From: Lingula anatina
Taxonomy: Eukaryota; Animalia; Brachiopoda
Reading direction: 5' to 3'
Length of the DNA stretch: 64,000 nucleotides
NCBI GenBank assembly: GCA_051362555.1
Contig: CM120646.1
Location: forward strand, 1,674,001 to 1,738,000
Part shown: positions 29,279-42,442 of the stretch, one piece after another
Layout: each line of letters begins with the position of its first letter
How positions within the stretch are numbered: the first letter of the stretch is position 1
The notes under the pieces: model-generated
The model's input: only the letters and a program-made list of their open reading frames with translations
What the model was told of the DNA's origin: nothing
Database searches by the model: none
Made by a program: the position numbers and the translations under genes

Positions 29279-31003
29279 AGACATTATTACCTCGGCACTT
29301 TGTGATTATCACAATAAAAACATCAACAAAAGAGTAAAACACTGAAAGTCTTTGTGTTATTTTGTTTACGCACGGCTCCCTCAGACAACTTTCAAAGCGC
29401 TACGCATGCAATGCGGTACAGTTCAATGGTTGGTCGCAACGTAACACCTGTAACAAGACGTATGATCCGATGAATACATAATGAAACCTAAGTGAAACAA
29501 CACATGTTAAAGAGCCCAGTGGGACTGTTGTGCAGCTTAGCATCTCATTTTTATTTGATTCTCCCCTGTGAGTCAAAATCAAAAAAAGCATCTGTCCCTT
29601 TTTTTAAAAAATATTTAGCCCCCCCCCCCCCACACACACACACACTGCACGCGTGCAAAGTGTGAAAAAACACAGTATTCCGGGAACGAAGCAATTGATG
29701 GCAGTTTAATGTTATAAACGACAAATATACTGCCACCTGTTTACGACTATCTCAGAACATTGTTAGGTAAACACAGGACGTATTTTGTTACACAGGTCTG
29801 AGATAAATTGATCTGATCGGGTAATGTTAAAAAGTACACGCATTTTTTATATGTTCAGTTATCCATTGGGACAGAACCATTTAAATAAAATACTAAGACT
29901 GAATGCCAGAAAACCGTCCAAGTTGGGGGGTGGGGCAAACATTGAGGACACAGATGAAAATCCCATATAAGTACTTGATCACCACAGGAATCTTTCAGGT
30001 GCAAAAGAGAATAATATTGTCCCTGGAAGAGAAAAGTCATGTTACGAAGTAATATTGAGCGAAATTTCATTGAATTATTATACAAAAAGGATGAGTCAAT
30101 GCACCCAAAATATCGGGACGATTTTATTCCAAATGATTGGCATGATATTATAAAAAATAAAATTAAGCATGTAACTGCCATTTATTACTTAATAACACAT
30201 GTGTTACAGCATGTTATCTCTGGATCTAAATATAAATGTTTTGTAAATCACTAAAATGCAGTAGTTGAGAATAAATGCAATGTAACTGTATATAGTTGTA
30301 GAAATGGAGGAGTTGTATTCCTCCAAAATGTAATTGCGGTAGAGCAGAAAAAAGTTCATCCGTTGTGCTTCAATACTAGCTGTTGATTGAAGTAAATGTA
30401 CCGCTTTCTTCAAATCGATTGGATGTCGTTAAACAGCCGGATATTAAAACTGGTTTTAGGAGATACAGCTTCTTCCACATAGCATTCAGCAACATACCAA
30501 TCATAAAATGATCAGCTTCACAATATTTTTCCTTCTTATATCCTTATATTTATTTAATTATCATTATACTTATTCTAAACACAGCAGTTCATGTAAAGCA
30601 GCGCCGCGAAGCAGCAAGCTGGCGGTGTTTACAAGGGGTATTTGTAATCTCCCATTAATATAAAAGCTATGCTCGGAAGAGGTCTTTGTGCGCTGCAATA
30701 TATTATCCTACCTTGATACAGCATACAGTACGCAAACGAATGCAGCCTTTGAACAATTCAAAAGTTCCGGGGGCAGGTGAAAGCCTGCTTTAAAAGCTGT
30801 CCTTGTCAAGGTAAACATGAACAAAATGAACAAAGCATGAATTCAATTGTGACGGACAACACATTATTATTCAGTCATCAGTACTGCAGGCGCTGGTGCG
30901 CGTCTTCTTGAAATGTAAAGCGTCTTTTGAACAACAAAGTCCTAGCTCGTGATTGCCCTATAGCTAAAGCATATTATTTACAGTTCCCTAACGATCAGGG
31001 GAT

Positions 31004-31552
31004 TTAAGCCAAGAACGGGCCCCAAAACACATTTGCCGGGGTGTCTGCAGTGCAGCAGAAGAATCCAACACCGGCGTTTGCGAACTCTTCTTTGCTGATC
31101 TGACCATCACCAGCTATGTCTAATGCCTCAAACGACGGAGGAACGGATAACGGGTGTACGCCAAAAATGCCCAGGAACTCCTCATATTCCTTTTTGGTCA
31201 CATAACCGTGGCCATTTTTGTCTGCGACTGAGTCAAAATAGACATAGAACCACTTTCTCTGCTCTTCTTGGAAAGCTGGTTCCCGAAAGGTGCGTGCGTG
31301 GTTGTAGACACAGTCCCAAAAAGTAACGTACTCTTTCTTTTTCGGACCGGCCCAGAAATAATCCCAGCCGCTGTTCATTAGATCCATGAACGTTTCCATT
31401 TGTTCTTGTTTGAGAAGACACTTAGCTCTGGGCTCGCAATAATCTACCAAATCCTCCTTTTTGACAACGCCGTCCAAATCGTGGTCGAACATTACAAAAA
31501 CTGAGCGCATTTTGCGGACCCAAAACTTGGGATATGGCGCGCTTACTGACAT
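31004..31552 (-). CDS. SCP-like EF-hand protein, 182 aa, copy 2 (subtype with altered EF3/EF4)
   Basis: Start placed at ATG 31552 by alignment to paralogues (MSVSAPYP). EF3 DKNGHGYVTKKE, EF4 DIAGDGQISKEE. Confidence 0.88.
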   Translation of the reverse strand: MSVSAPYPKFWVRKMRSVFVMFDHDLDGVVKKEDLVDYCEPRAKCLLKQEQMETFMDLMNSGWDYFWAGPKKKEYVTFWDCVYNHARTFREPAFQEEQRKWFYVYFDSVADKNGHGYVTKKEYEEFLGIFGVHPLSVPPSFEALDIAGDGQISKEEFANAGVGFFCCTADTPANVFWGPFLA

Positions 31553-32838
31553 TGTTGCTGTCTCCCGTATACTGCAGACAAGATGGGTCGTTTTAAATTT
31601 AAATAGACGTTTGAACCTTGGTACCTTGTGATTGTATTGATAATACATACCTAGGGATGTTATATGACCGTGGTGATATGCTGATCACTGAAGCCTGTCC
31701 ATTTAGCCAAGCTTCAGTGAAGATCGAGGGCAACCTCGAGCCGCTACCCAAAAATATGTCGCGTCACTCGACATTTCTGCGTAGCGTCTCTCGGGAAACT
31801 CGGATTTAGCCTAGATGTAGTATAGAATTTCACGACTTCATCTTGGTTAAATCAGTTGAGGTCAGTTGAGGTCTCTGCTGAAAGCCAAAGGCAGCGTGAT
31901 CATGTGACCTTCTTGGTATCAAGAGAATAGTGACGTTATTTGCGTTATATACCTACCAAGAGACAAATTAAAGATCTCTCACACTCTTAAAAAATTAGCA
32001 CAAAATTCTCACGTTAAGGAGTATTACATTTATCTATGATTTTATTACACTAAGTCATATCATATGGGTATGGTTTGAAAACGGGAATTAGTTAACATTT
32101 AAGCCACACGTACGTGCATACGAATTATTTGTAAATCTATGACTTTTTTACGACAGTTGTGTTATTTAACTTTTGCTTTTAAGCTGTTCATTCTTCCTCT
32201 TTATCAGATATATCGGTAACAATCAAATCTATTCCCCTTTGAACTTGTAATAACATGTAGCACATGAATGCTCTGAAAACTAGCACATGTATATTTCAAA
32301 ACCACCTCGTAGTAAAAAATGTCACCAACACGTAGAATTATTACTCCTGTAGACTTGAAATAAACATCTGTTTGATTTTGACTATAATTCGTAACCGCCT
32401 CGTCGTCATAAATAATAATAAAAACTAGAAGTATTACTCCCGTGAACTTGTAATAAACAAATTGGGTCCTTCTTAACAGAAAGAATTGAACGCATTTTAA
32501 TGCCATAAAACAACCAAGGTACTGAAATTTAAGCAAATCTCAGAACATTTTAAAGACAATACTGGAAGTTATTTACGACTAATTTTGTAATAGAACAGGT
32601 CTGGGATAAATGGTCAAATTTTTCTGGCTTGATGTGACAGGAATGGTAGTCCGCTAGGAACCGTACACTGTAGTCCGTTTCCCATCACTTTATACGTGTG
32701 GAATTCTAACCCCAATACTGCACACAACAAGTACCACAGTGTTCTTGAAAAGAAAAACATATTTAACATTAAAGTTCTAGATAGCGATTACCATGTAGGT
32801 AAAGCATATTATTGACGGTTTCCACATGATCACGGGAT

Positions 32839-33387
32839 TTAAGCCAAGAACGGACCCCAAAACAACTTTGCCGGGGTGTCTGCAGTGCAGCAGAAGAAAC
32901 CTACGGCAGCATTTACAAACTCTTCTTTGCTGATCTGACCATCACCATCTGTGTCCAAGGCCTCAAACGACGGTAGAACAGAAAGTGGGTGTACGCCAAC
33001 AAGACCGAGAAATTCTTCATATTCATTTCTGGTCACAATACCGTCACCATTTTTGTCTGCGATTTTGTCAAAATAGACATAGAACCACTTTTTCTCCTCT
33101 TTTTGAAATTCTGGTTCTCGAAAAGTGCGGGCGTGGTTGTGGACACAGTCCCAAAAAGTAACGTTCACTTTCTTCTCCGGACCGGCCCAGAAATAATCCC
33201 AAGCGTAGTTCACTTGGTCCATGTACTTTTCCATCTGTTCTTGATTAAGAAGACATTTTGCTCTACCCTTGCAAAAGTCCATCATTTCTTCCTTTTTGAC
33301 AACGCCGTCGAAATCGTGATCGAACAGTACAAAAAATGAGCGCATTTTGCGGACCCAAAACTCGGGATATGGGGTGCTGGCTGACAT
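32839..33387 (-). CDS. SCP-like EF-hand protein, 182 aa, copy 3
   Basis: ATG at 33387 (MSASTPYP); three canonical EF loops; FWGPFLA* end. Confidence 0.9.
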   Translation of the reverse strand: MSASTPYPEFWVRKMRSFFVLFDHDFDGVVKKEEMMDFCKGRAKCLLNQEQMEKYMDQVNYAWDYFWAGPEKKVNVTFWDCVHNHARTFREPEFQKEEKKWFYVYFDKIADKNGDGIVTRNEYEEFLGLVGVHPLSVLPSFEALDTDGDGQISKEEFVNAAVGFFCCTADTPAKLFWGPFLA

Positions 33388-33798
33388 TTCGGCCATCTCC
33401 CGTATATTGCAGACTAGACGGTTCGTCAAAAATTTAAATTGACGTTTCAACCTTGGTACCTTGTGATTATAATGACAATAATGTCAGCAAAAGAGTAACA
33501 CACTGAACGTCTTAATGTCATTTCATTTACGCACGGCTGCCTCAGACAACCTTCAACGGTGCTATGCATGCAAAGTGGCACAGTGCAATATACATGTAAC
33601 AAGACGTATTATCCGGTGAATATGTGATGCGCTACAGAGACTGGTGAGAGGGGGTTATCGCATCACCAGTAGGCCTATCGCAGGCGTTCGTGTGCGTTTC
33701 TTGAAATGTAGTGTCTTTTTAACAGAAAGTACTTAAGTAAATCGTGATTGTCCGATAGGTAAAGCAAATTATGTACAGTCCCCATACAATTAAGGGAT

Positions 33799-34347
33799 TT
33801 AAGCCAAGAACGGACCCCAAAACAACTTTGCCGGGGTGTCTGCAGTGCAGCAGAAGAATCCAACGGCAGCATTTGCGAATTCTTCTTTGCTGATCTGACC
33901 ATCACCATCTGTGTCCAAGGCCTCAAACGATGGAGGGACGGATAACGGGTGCACGCCAACAAGACCTAGGAACTCTTCATATTCCTTTCTGGTCACAATA
34001 CCGTCACCATTTTTGTCTGCGATTGTGTCAAAATAGACAGAGAACCACTTTCTCTGCTCTCTTTGAAAAACTGGTTCGCGAAAAGTGCGTGCGTGGTTGT
34101 AGATATAGTCCCCAAGTGTAACATTCACTTTCTTCTCGGGGCCGGCCCAGAAATAATCCCAAGCGTTGTGAATTTGGTCCTCAAACGTTTGCATTTTTTC
34201 TTGTTTGAGGAGACACTTAGCTCTAGCGATGCAAAAGTCTACAAAATCTTTCTTTTTGACAATGCCGTCCAAGTCATGGTCGAACATTACAAAAACTGAG
34301 CGCAGTTTGCGGACCCAAAAGTCGGGATATGGCGCGCTTGCTGACAT
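33799..34347 (-). CDS. SCP-like EF-hand protein, 182 aa, copy 4
   Basis: Intact 549-nt ORF collinear with copy 1. Confidence 0.9.
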   Translation of the reverse strand: MSASAPYPDFWVRKLRSVFVMFDHDLDGIVKKKDFVDFCIARAKCLLKQEKMQTFEDQIHNAWDYFWAGPEKKVNVTLGDYIYNHARTFREPVFQREQRKWFSVYFDTIADKNGDGIVTRKEYEEFLGLVGVHPLSVPPSFEALDTDGDGQISKEEFANAAVGFFCCTADTPAKLFWGPFLA

Positions 34348-35138
34348 TGCGGTTGCCTCATGTACACCGGAGTCAAGACGGTTTGTTGAAAATTTAAATA
34401 GACGTTATGACCTTTGTACCTTGTGATTTTAATGATAATAATGTCAGCAAAAGAGTAACACACTGAACGTTTTAATGTCATTTCATTTACGCACGGCTGC
34501 CTCAGACAACCTTCAATGGTGCTACTATGTATGCAAAGTGCAATATACCTGTAACAAGAAGTATGACCCAATGAATATGAGATGCGCTACAGAGACTGGT
34601 GAAAGAGAGTTACAGTTAAGCATCTTCATTTTATATCCGAAGTCATTCATTATAACTTAAACATAAAATCATTCCCCTTTCCTCCATTTTTTTAAATATT
34701 GAGCACCATTTCCCATTCTCCCCCTCCCCTTTATACTCCAAAGAATGAACAGTATAGCACATTGGGTCCTCCTTAATAGAGACAATTAAATGCATTTTAA
34801 TGTCATAAACAGCCAAGATACCAAAATTTCTTTTAGTATGTTTCAGAATACCTTAAGGACAATACAGGAAGTTCTTTACGATCAATTTTGTCAAACAGAA
34901 CAGGTCTGGGATAAACGGTCAAATTTCTCTGGCCCGGTGTTACAGGAATGGGAGTCCGCTGAGAACCGTAGTCCGTTTCCCATCACTTTGTATGTGTAGC
35001 ATTCTAACATAAATACTGCCCAGCACTGGTACCACAGTCTCCTTGAAATGTAAAACGCATTTTTAACAAGGAAGCCCTAGATCGTAATTGCCCCGCAGGT
35101 GAAGCAATTTATTCACAGCTTCCATAGGATTGAAGGAT

Positions 35139-35687
35139 TTAAGCCAAAAACGGACCCCAAAATAACTTTGCCGGGGTGTCTGCAGTGCAGCAGAAGAAAC
35201 CTACGGCAGCATTTGCGAATTCTTCTTTGCTGATCTGACCATCACCATCTGTGTCCAAGGCATCAAACGACGGAGGAACGGACAACGGGTGTACGCCAAC
35301 AAGACCAAGAAACTCTTCATATTCCTTTCTGGTCAGAATGCCGTCTCCATTTTTGTCTGCGATTTTGTCAAAATAGACATAGAACCACTTTCTCTGCTCC
35401 TCTTGAAAAGCTGGTTGGCGAAAGGTGCGTGCGTAGTTGTGGACACAGTCCCAAAAAGTAACATTCACTTTCTTCTCCGGACCGGCCCAGAAATAATCCC
35501 AAGCATAGTTCACTAGGTCCATATACGTTTCCATTTGTTCTTGATTAAGGAGAGACTTTGCCCTAAGATTGCAAAAGTCAATCACATTTTCCTTTTTGAC
35601 AACGCCATCCAAGTCGTGATCGAACATTACAAAAAATGAGCGAATTTTCCGGACCCAAAATTCGGGATATGGCGCGCTTACTGACAT
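35139..35687 (-). CDS. SCP-like EF-hand protein, 182 aa, copy 5
   Basis: Intact 549-nt ORF; EF1 position 12 is N (DHDLDGVVKKEN). Confidence 0.9.
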   Translation of the reverse strand: MSVSAPYPEFWVRKIRSFFVMFDHDLDGVVKKENVIDFCNLRAKSLLNQEQMETYMDLVNYAWDYFWAGPEKKVNVTFWDCVHNYARTFRQPAFQEEQRKWFYVYFDKIADKNGDGILTRKEYEEFLGLVGVHPLSVPPSFDALDTDGDGQISKEEFANAAVGFFCCTADTPAKLFWGPFLA

Positions 35688-37171
35688 TGTGTATATTTTC
35701 CGTATTCAGCACACCAGACGGCTCGTTGAGAATTTAGAAAGACGTTTTTTTACTTTGGTACCTTGTGATTATTACAATAATAACAGCAACAAAAGAGTCT
35801 TTATGTTATTTTGTTTACGCACGGCTCCCCAAGACAACTTCAAAAACGCTATTTATGCAAAGCGGCACAATACAATAGTTGGTGATAACGTAACACCTGT
35901 AACAAGACGTATGATCCGATGAATACATAATGAAACACATAATGAGACAACACATGTTAAAGACTGAGGTGCAGCTTAGCATCTCATTTTTATCTGATTC
36001 TTCCAGGTGAGTCATAATCACAAGAAGCACCTGTCTCTTTTTTCTAAACATTTAGCCCCCACCTCACCCCCACCACTAACCCCCACTACGTGTGCAAAGT
36101 GTGAAAAATACACGGTATTCCGGGAACGAAACAATTGATGGCAGTTTTATGTTATAAACGATCAATAAACTGCTACCTGTTTACGACTATCTCAGAACAT
36201 TGTAAGGTCAACACAGGACATATTACACAGGTCAGAGATAAATTGATCCGATCCGGTAATGTTACATATTACACGCATTTTGTTTACATGTTCAATAAAA
36301 TACTAAGATTGAATGCCAGAAAATCGGAAAATCGTCCAAGTAGGGGGGGGGGGGCATAGATTGAGGGAACAGATGGAAATCCCACATAAATACATATGTG
36401 TTACAGAATGTTACATGTATCTCTGGATCTAAATATAATTGTTTTGTAAAAAACTAAAATACAGTAGTTCAGAATAAATGCAATGTGGCTGTATATACTT
36501 GAAGAGGAGTTGTATTCCAACAAACTGTAATTGTTGTAGGGCAGAAAAGAAGTTCATCCGTTGTGCTTCAATACTAGCTGTTGATTGAAGTAAATGTACC
36601 GCTTTCTTCAAGTCGATCGTGATGTCGTTAAACAGCCGGATATTAAAACTGGTTTTAGGAGATACAAGTTCTTCCACATAGCATTCAGCAACACACCAAT
36701 CATAAAATGATCAATTTTTTCCTTCTTATATCCGTATATTTATTTTTATTATTATACTTTTTCTGAACACAGCAGTTCATATAAAGCATCGCGAAGCAGC
36801 AAGCTGGCGGTGTTTACAAGGCGTATTTGAAATTTTCCCCTAATTGAAGAGCTTTACTCGGAAGTGATCTTGGTGCGCTGCAATGCATTGTACTATCTTG
36901 ACACCAGTATACAGTTCGCAAATGAATACACCTTTGAACAATTCAAAAGTTCCTTGGACAGGTGAAAAGCTGTCCTTGACAAGGTGAAAATGAACAAAAT
37001 GAACAAAAGTATGGATTCAATTGTGACGTACTACACACCATTATCCCGTCATCAGAACTGTGGGCGTTGGTACGCGTCTTCTTGAAATGTAAAGCGTCTT
37101 GTAAACAAGAAAGTCCTAGACCGTGATTGCCTTATAGGTAAAGCATATTATTTACAGTTTCCATAGGGGAT

Positions 37172-37720
37172 TTAAGCCAAGAACGGACCCCAAAATAACT
37201 TTGCCGGGGTGTCTGCAGTGCAGCAGAAGAAACCTACAGCAGCATTTGCGAACTCCTCTTTACTGATCTGACCATCACCATCTGTATCCAAGGCTTCAAA
37301 CGACGGAGGCACAGATAGCGGGTGTACGCCAAAAAGGCCCAGAAACTCTTCATATTCCTTTCTGGTCACAATACCGTCACCATTTTTGTCTGCGATTTTG
37401 TCAAAATAGACATAGAACCACTTTTTCTCCTTTTCTTGAAAAGCTGGTTCGCCAAAAGTGCGTGCGTGGTTGTGGACACAGTCCCAAAAAGTAACATTCA
37501 CTTTCTTCTCCGGACCGGCCCAGAAATAATCCCAAGCATAGTTCACTAGGCCCATGTACGTTTCCAGTTGTTCTTGATTAAGTTGGTACTTTGCTCTAGC
37601 ATTGCAAATATCCATATAATCTTCCTTTTTGACTACACCATCCAAGTCGCGGTCAAAAATTACAAAAAATGAGCGCATTTTACGGACCCAAAACTCGGGA
37701 TATGGGGCGCTTGCTGACAT
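37172..37720 (-). CDS. SCP-like EF-hand protein, 182 aa, copy 6
   Basis: Intact 549-nt ORF collinear with copy 1. Confidence 0.9.
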   Translation of the reverse strand: MSASAPYPEFWVRKMRSFFVIFDRDLDGVVKKEDYMDICNARAKYQLNQEQLETYMGLVNYAWDYFWAGPEKKVNVTFWDCVHNHARTFGEPAFQEKEKKWFYVYFDKIADKNGDGIVTRKEYEEFLGLFGVHPLSVPPSFEALDTDGDGQISKEEFANAAVGFFCCTADTPAKLFWGPFLA

Positions 37721-38541
37721 TGTGGATGTCTCCTGTGTACTGAAGACAAGACAGTTCGTTGAAAATTAAATTTGAATTTAGAGACGTTTTAACCATGGTT
37801 TTAATGTGGTTTTAATGATTATAATGTCAGCAAAAGGGTAACACACTTAACGTCATAGTGTCCTTTCATTTACGCATGGCTGCCTCAGACAACTTTCAAT
37901 GGTGTTATGCATGCAAAGCGGTACAGTCCAATATACCTGTAACATGACGCATGATCCGATAAATACGTGATGCTCTTAAGACACTGGTTAGACTGAGTTG
38001 CAGCCCAGCATCTCCCTTTTAAATCCCAGGTCATTTATAGTAACAAGAAACATTAAATGGCACCCAACTTCTCTCATTGTCATTTAAAAAAATATTAAAC
38101 TCCTTTTCCCACCCTCCCCCTCCCCCTTAAGTTGCAAAGAATGTATGACAAACTGGGCCTCCCTTAACAAAAACAATTGAACGTGTTTTAATGTCATAAA
38201 CAACCAAGATACTGAATTTTCTTTAAGTAAATCTCAGAACATTTAAGGACACTACTGGAAGTTCTATACATGTAAGACCAATTTGTCACATAGAACAGTG
38301 ATAAAAGGTCAATTTTCTCTGGCCCGATGTGACTGGAATGATAGTCCACTGGGAACCGTACTCCGTTCCCTATCACTTTGTACGTGTGGCAATCTAACCC
38401 CAATACTGCACAGCCCTGGTACCACAGGGTTCTTGAAAAGTAAAACATCTTTTTAACATGAAAGTCCTAGATAGCAATTGCAACACGGGTGAAGCATATT
38501 ATTTACAGTGATTTACAGATATTATTTTATGATTAGAGGAT

Positions 38542-39072
38542 TTAAGCCAAGAACGGACCCCAAAACAACTTTGCCGGGGTGTCTTCAGTGCAGCAGAAAA
38601 AAAAACCGACGGCAGCATTCGCAAACTCTTCATTGCTGATCTTACCATCACCAACTGTGTCTAAGGCTTCAAAGGATGGAGGGACAGATAACGGGTATAC
38701 GCCAACAAGACCAAAGAACTGTTCATATTCCTTCCTGGTCACAATACCGTCACTATTTTTGTCTGCGATTTTGTCGAAATAGACATAGAACCACTTTTTC
38801 TACTCTTCTTGAAAAACTGGTTCGCCAAAAGTGCGTGCGTGGTTGTGGACACAGTCCCAAAAAGTAACAATCACTTTCTTCTCCGGACGTTTTTTTATTT
38901 TGTCCTTAAACGTTTGCAGTTGTTTTTGCTTAAGAAGACGCTATGCTTTAGCGATGGAAAAGTCAACAAAATATTTGTTTTTGACAACGCCGTCCAAGTC
39001 GTGGTCCAACATTACAAAAGGTGAGTGCATTTTGCGGACCCAAAACTCGGGATATGGCTCGCTGGCTGACAT
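38542..39072 (-). pseudogene. Full-length SCP-like pseudogene
   Basis: ATG at 39072; in-frame TAG codons (near 38942 and 38801); ~22-nt deletion removing the WDYFWAG segment near 38888; altered EF4 (DTVGDGKISNEE). Confidence 0.88.
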
Positions 39073-39208
39073 TGTGGCTGTCCCCCGTACAATGCAGACA
39101 AGACGGTTCGTTGAAAATTTAAATAGACGTTTTAACCTTGGTACCTTGTGATTTCAATGACAATAATGTCAGCAAAAGAGTAACAACTTAACGCCTAAAT
39201 GTTGTTTA

Positions 39209-39428
39209 AACCCCCTTCACACTGGACGGCGTCCTTTCTGCGTTCAGCAGTATGGCTCCATTTGAGAGTTAAAAAATAATAATACTTTACGTGCCGACAA
39301 CTGGCCGATCATTGAGCATTCTTTCTAAAACAAATCAATACTCGTGTCTCCTTATTGAAACCACAGCGATACCAATTTCATGGTGGCAGAGAGGGCGCAG
39401 AAAGGACGCCGTCCAGTGTAAAGGGGTA
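39209..39428. mobile_element. MITE (~220 bp) with ~32-bp TIRs and TTA target duplication, inserted in an SCP upstream region
   Basis: ACCCCCTTCACACTGGACGGCGTCCTTTCTGCG ... CGCAGAAAGGACGCCGTCCAGTGTAAAGGGGT, flanked by TTA (39206-08, 39429-31). Absent from paralogous spacers (e.g. 34475-34500). Confidence 0.85.
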
Positions 39429-41085
39429 TTACGCATGGTTGCCTCAGACAACCTTCAACGGTGTTATCCATGCACAGCAGCACAGTACAATGATTGGTCG
39501 TAATATAACACCTGTAACAAGACGTATGGGCCGATGAATACATAATGGAACCTTAATGACACAACACATATTAAAGAGTCTGGTGGGACTGTTGTTCAGC
39601 TTAGCATTTTTATCTGATTCTCCTAGGTCAGTCGTAAACACAAGAAGAATCTCTGTTTTTCTGAATATTTACCCTCCCCCCCCCCCCCTCCAACACACAA
39701 ACACTAACAGCACATTTGCAAAGTGTATACATGAAAAAATAACGGTGTATCCCGGAAACTAAACAAGTGATCGCGTTTTAATGTTATAAACAACCAATAT
39801 ACTGCCACCTGTTTACGACTATCTCAGAACATTTTAAAGGCAACACTGGAGCTCCAATACGACCTCATTTTTTACATGGAACATGTCTTAGATAAATAGA
39901 TCTGATTCGGCGATGTTACAAAGTACACGAATTTTGTACATGTTCAGTTATCCACTGGGACAGAACAATTCAAATAAAAACTAAGACTGAATGCCAGAAA
40001 ATCGTCTCAAGTGGGGGGAAACGTTGATGGCATAGATAAAACTTCCATACAAATACTTGATCACCATAGGAATCTTTGAGATGGAACAGAGAAAAATATT
40101 GTTCTTGCAAAGACAACTAATCTGTAATGTTATGAAGTAATACTGAACGAAATTCCAATGAACTATTATGCATAAACGATGAGTCAATGCACCAAAAATG
40201 TCGGGACAGTTTTATTCCAGATGATTGGCATATGATATAAAAAATTGAAACTAAGGATGTAACTGCCATGTAGTAATTTATACCACATGCAAAAGGATCA
40301 AAATACACACGTGAATGTTTTGGAAATCACTAAAATGCAGTAGCTGAGAATAAATGAAATATAAATGTATATACTTGTAGAAATACAAGAGTTATATTCC
40401 AACAAAATATAATTGTTGTAGGGCATGAAAGAAGTTCATCCATTGGGCTTGAATACTGGCAGTTAATTGAAGTAAAAATACCGCTTTCTTCAAATCGATC
40501 GTGATGTCGCTATACAGCCAAATATTGAAATTGGTTTTAGGAGATACAGTTTCTTCAACATAGCATTCAGCAACACACCAATCATAAAATGATCAGTTTC
40601 GCAATTTTGTTCCTTCTTATATCCTTATATTTATTTAATTATTATTATACTTATTCTAAACACAGCAGTTCATATAAAGCAACCTTGCCGAAGCAGCAAG
40701 CTGGCGGTGTTTACAAGGGGTATTTGTAATCTCTCACTAATATAAAAGCTATGCTCGGAAAAGGTCTTTGTGCGCTGCAATATATTATCCTATCTTGACA
40801 CCAGTATACAGTACGCAAATGAATGTAACCTTTGAACAATTCAAAAGTTCCGCGGCAGGTGAAAGCCTGCTTGAAAAGCTGTCCTTGACAAGGTGAAAAT
40901 GAACAAAATGAACAAAGCATGAACTCAATTGTGACGGACAACACATCATTATCCAGTCATCAGTACTGCAGGCGCTGGTGCGTGTCTTCTTGAAATGTAA
41001 AGTGTCTTTTCAACTAGAAAGTCCTAGCTCGTGATTGCCCTATAGGTAAAGCATATTATTTACAGTTTCCATATGATAAGGATAT

Positions 41086-41635
41086 TTAAGCCAAGAACGG
41101 ACCCCCAAAACAACTTTGCCGGGGTGTCTGCAGTGCAGCAGAAGAATCCAACACCGGCATTTGCGAACTCTTCTTTGCTGATCTGACCATCACCAGCTAT
41201 GTCTAATGCTTCAAACGACGGAGGAACGGATAACGGGTGTACGCCAAAAATGCCCAGGAACTCCTCATATTCCTTTTTGGTCACATAACCGTGGCCATTT
41301 TTGTCTGCGACTGAGTCAAAATAGACATAGAACCACTTTCTCTGCTCTTCTTGGAAAGCTGGTTCCCGAAAGGTGCGTGCGTGGTTGTAGACACAGTCCC
41401 AAAAAGTAACGTTCTCTTTCTTCTTCGGACCGGCCCAGAAATAATCCCAGCCGTTGTTCATTAGATCCATGAACGTTTCCATTTGTTCTTGTTTGAGAAG
41501 ATACTTAGCTCTGGACTCGCAATAATCTACCAAATCCTCCTTTTTGACAACGCCGTCCAATTCGTGGTCGAACATGACAAAAACTGAGCGCATTTTGCGG
41601 ACCCAAAACTCGGGATATGGCGCGCTTACTGACAT
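41086..41635 (-). CDS. SCP-like EF-hand protein, copy 7 (near-identical to copy 2), with +1 frameshift in the last codons
   Basis: 550 nt rather than 549: a C5 run at 41102-41106 where paralogues have C4, giving ...FWGSVLGLNILIIWKL (stop at 41060) instead of FWGPFLA. Could be a homopolymer sequencing error. Confidence 0.75.
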
Positions 41636-42115
41636 TGTGGCTGTCTCCCGTATACTGCAGACAAGACAGGTCGTTTTAAATTTAAATAGACGTTTGAACC
41701 TTGGTACCTTGTGATTGTAATGACAATACATACCTAGGGATGTTATATGACCGTGATGTCCATTTAGCCAAGTTTCAGTGAAGATAGAGGGCAACCTCGA
41801 GCCGCTATCCAAAAATATGTCGCTTCACTCGACATTTCTGCGTAGCGTCTCTCGGGAAACTCGGATTTAGCCTAGATGTAGTCTAGAATTTAACGACTTT
41901 ATCTTGGTTAAATCAGTTGAGGTCAGTTGAGGTCTCTGCTGAAAGCCAAAGGCAGAGTGATCATGTGACCTTCTTGGTATCAAAAGAATAGTGACGTTGT
42001 TTGCGTTATATACCTACCAGTAGACAAATTTAAAATCTCTCACACTCTTAAAAAATAAGCACAAAATTCTCACGTTAAGCAATTATTACATTTATCTATG
42101 ATTTTATTACACTAA

Positions 42116-42332
42116 GACCCCACTTCCATAGATTTTAGATCGATCTATCCCTGTGGGGAGTCTCACTAGATTGCTGTCGGCTTAGCCGGCTTAAGCGTCT
42201 GTCCCGCCTACTGAAAGCTGTAAGGGGGTAATTAACTATAGTGCGCGCTCGGCTGACTGCAAGGTGTTAGGTGGTGTTAGGTGGATCTAAATCTTAATCT
42301 CTGGATCGATTTAAATCTCTGGGAATACACCC
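42116..42332. mobile_element. MITE (~217 bp) with TAA target duplication (PIF/Harbinger-like)
   Basis: Absent from the paralogous site at 32050 (ACACTAAGTCATAT); here cTAA-[GACCCCACTTCCATAGATTTTAGATCGATC ... GATCGATTTAAATCTCTGGGAATACACCC]-TAAg with imperfect TIRs. Confidence 0.8.
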
Positions 42333-42442
42333 TAAGTCATATCATATGGGTATGGTTTGAAAACGGGAATTAGTTTACAGACACACGTACGTGCACACAA
42401 ATTATTTGTAAATCTATGACTTTTTTACGACAGTTGTTACGA

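Noticed and set aside
31553-31648. N-terminal extensions in the ORF track (214, 203 and 250 aa versions)
   Set aside because: They run through the conserved TATA-like core promoter and are not open in other copies; the conserved ATG gives 182 aa.
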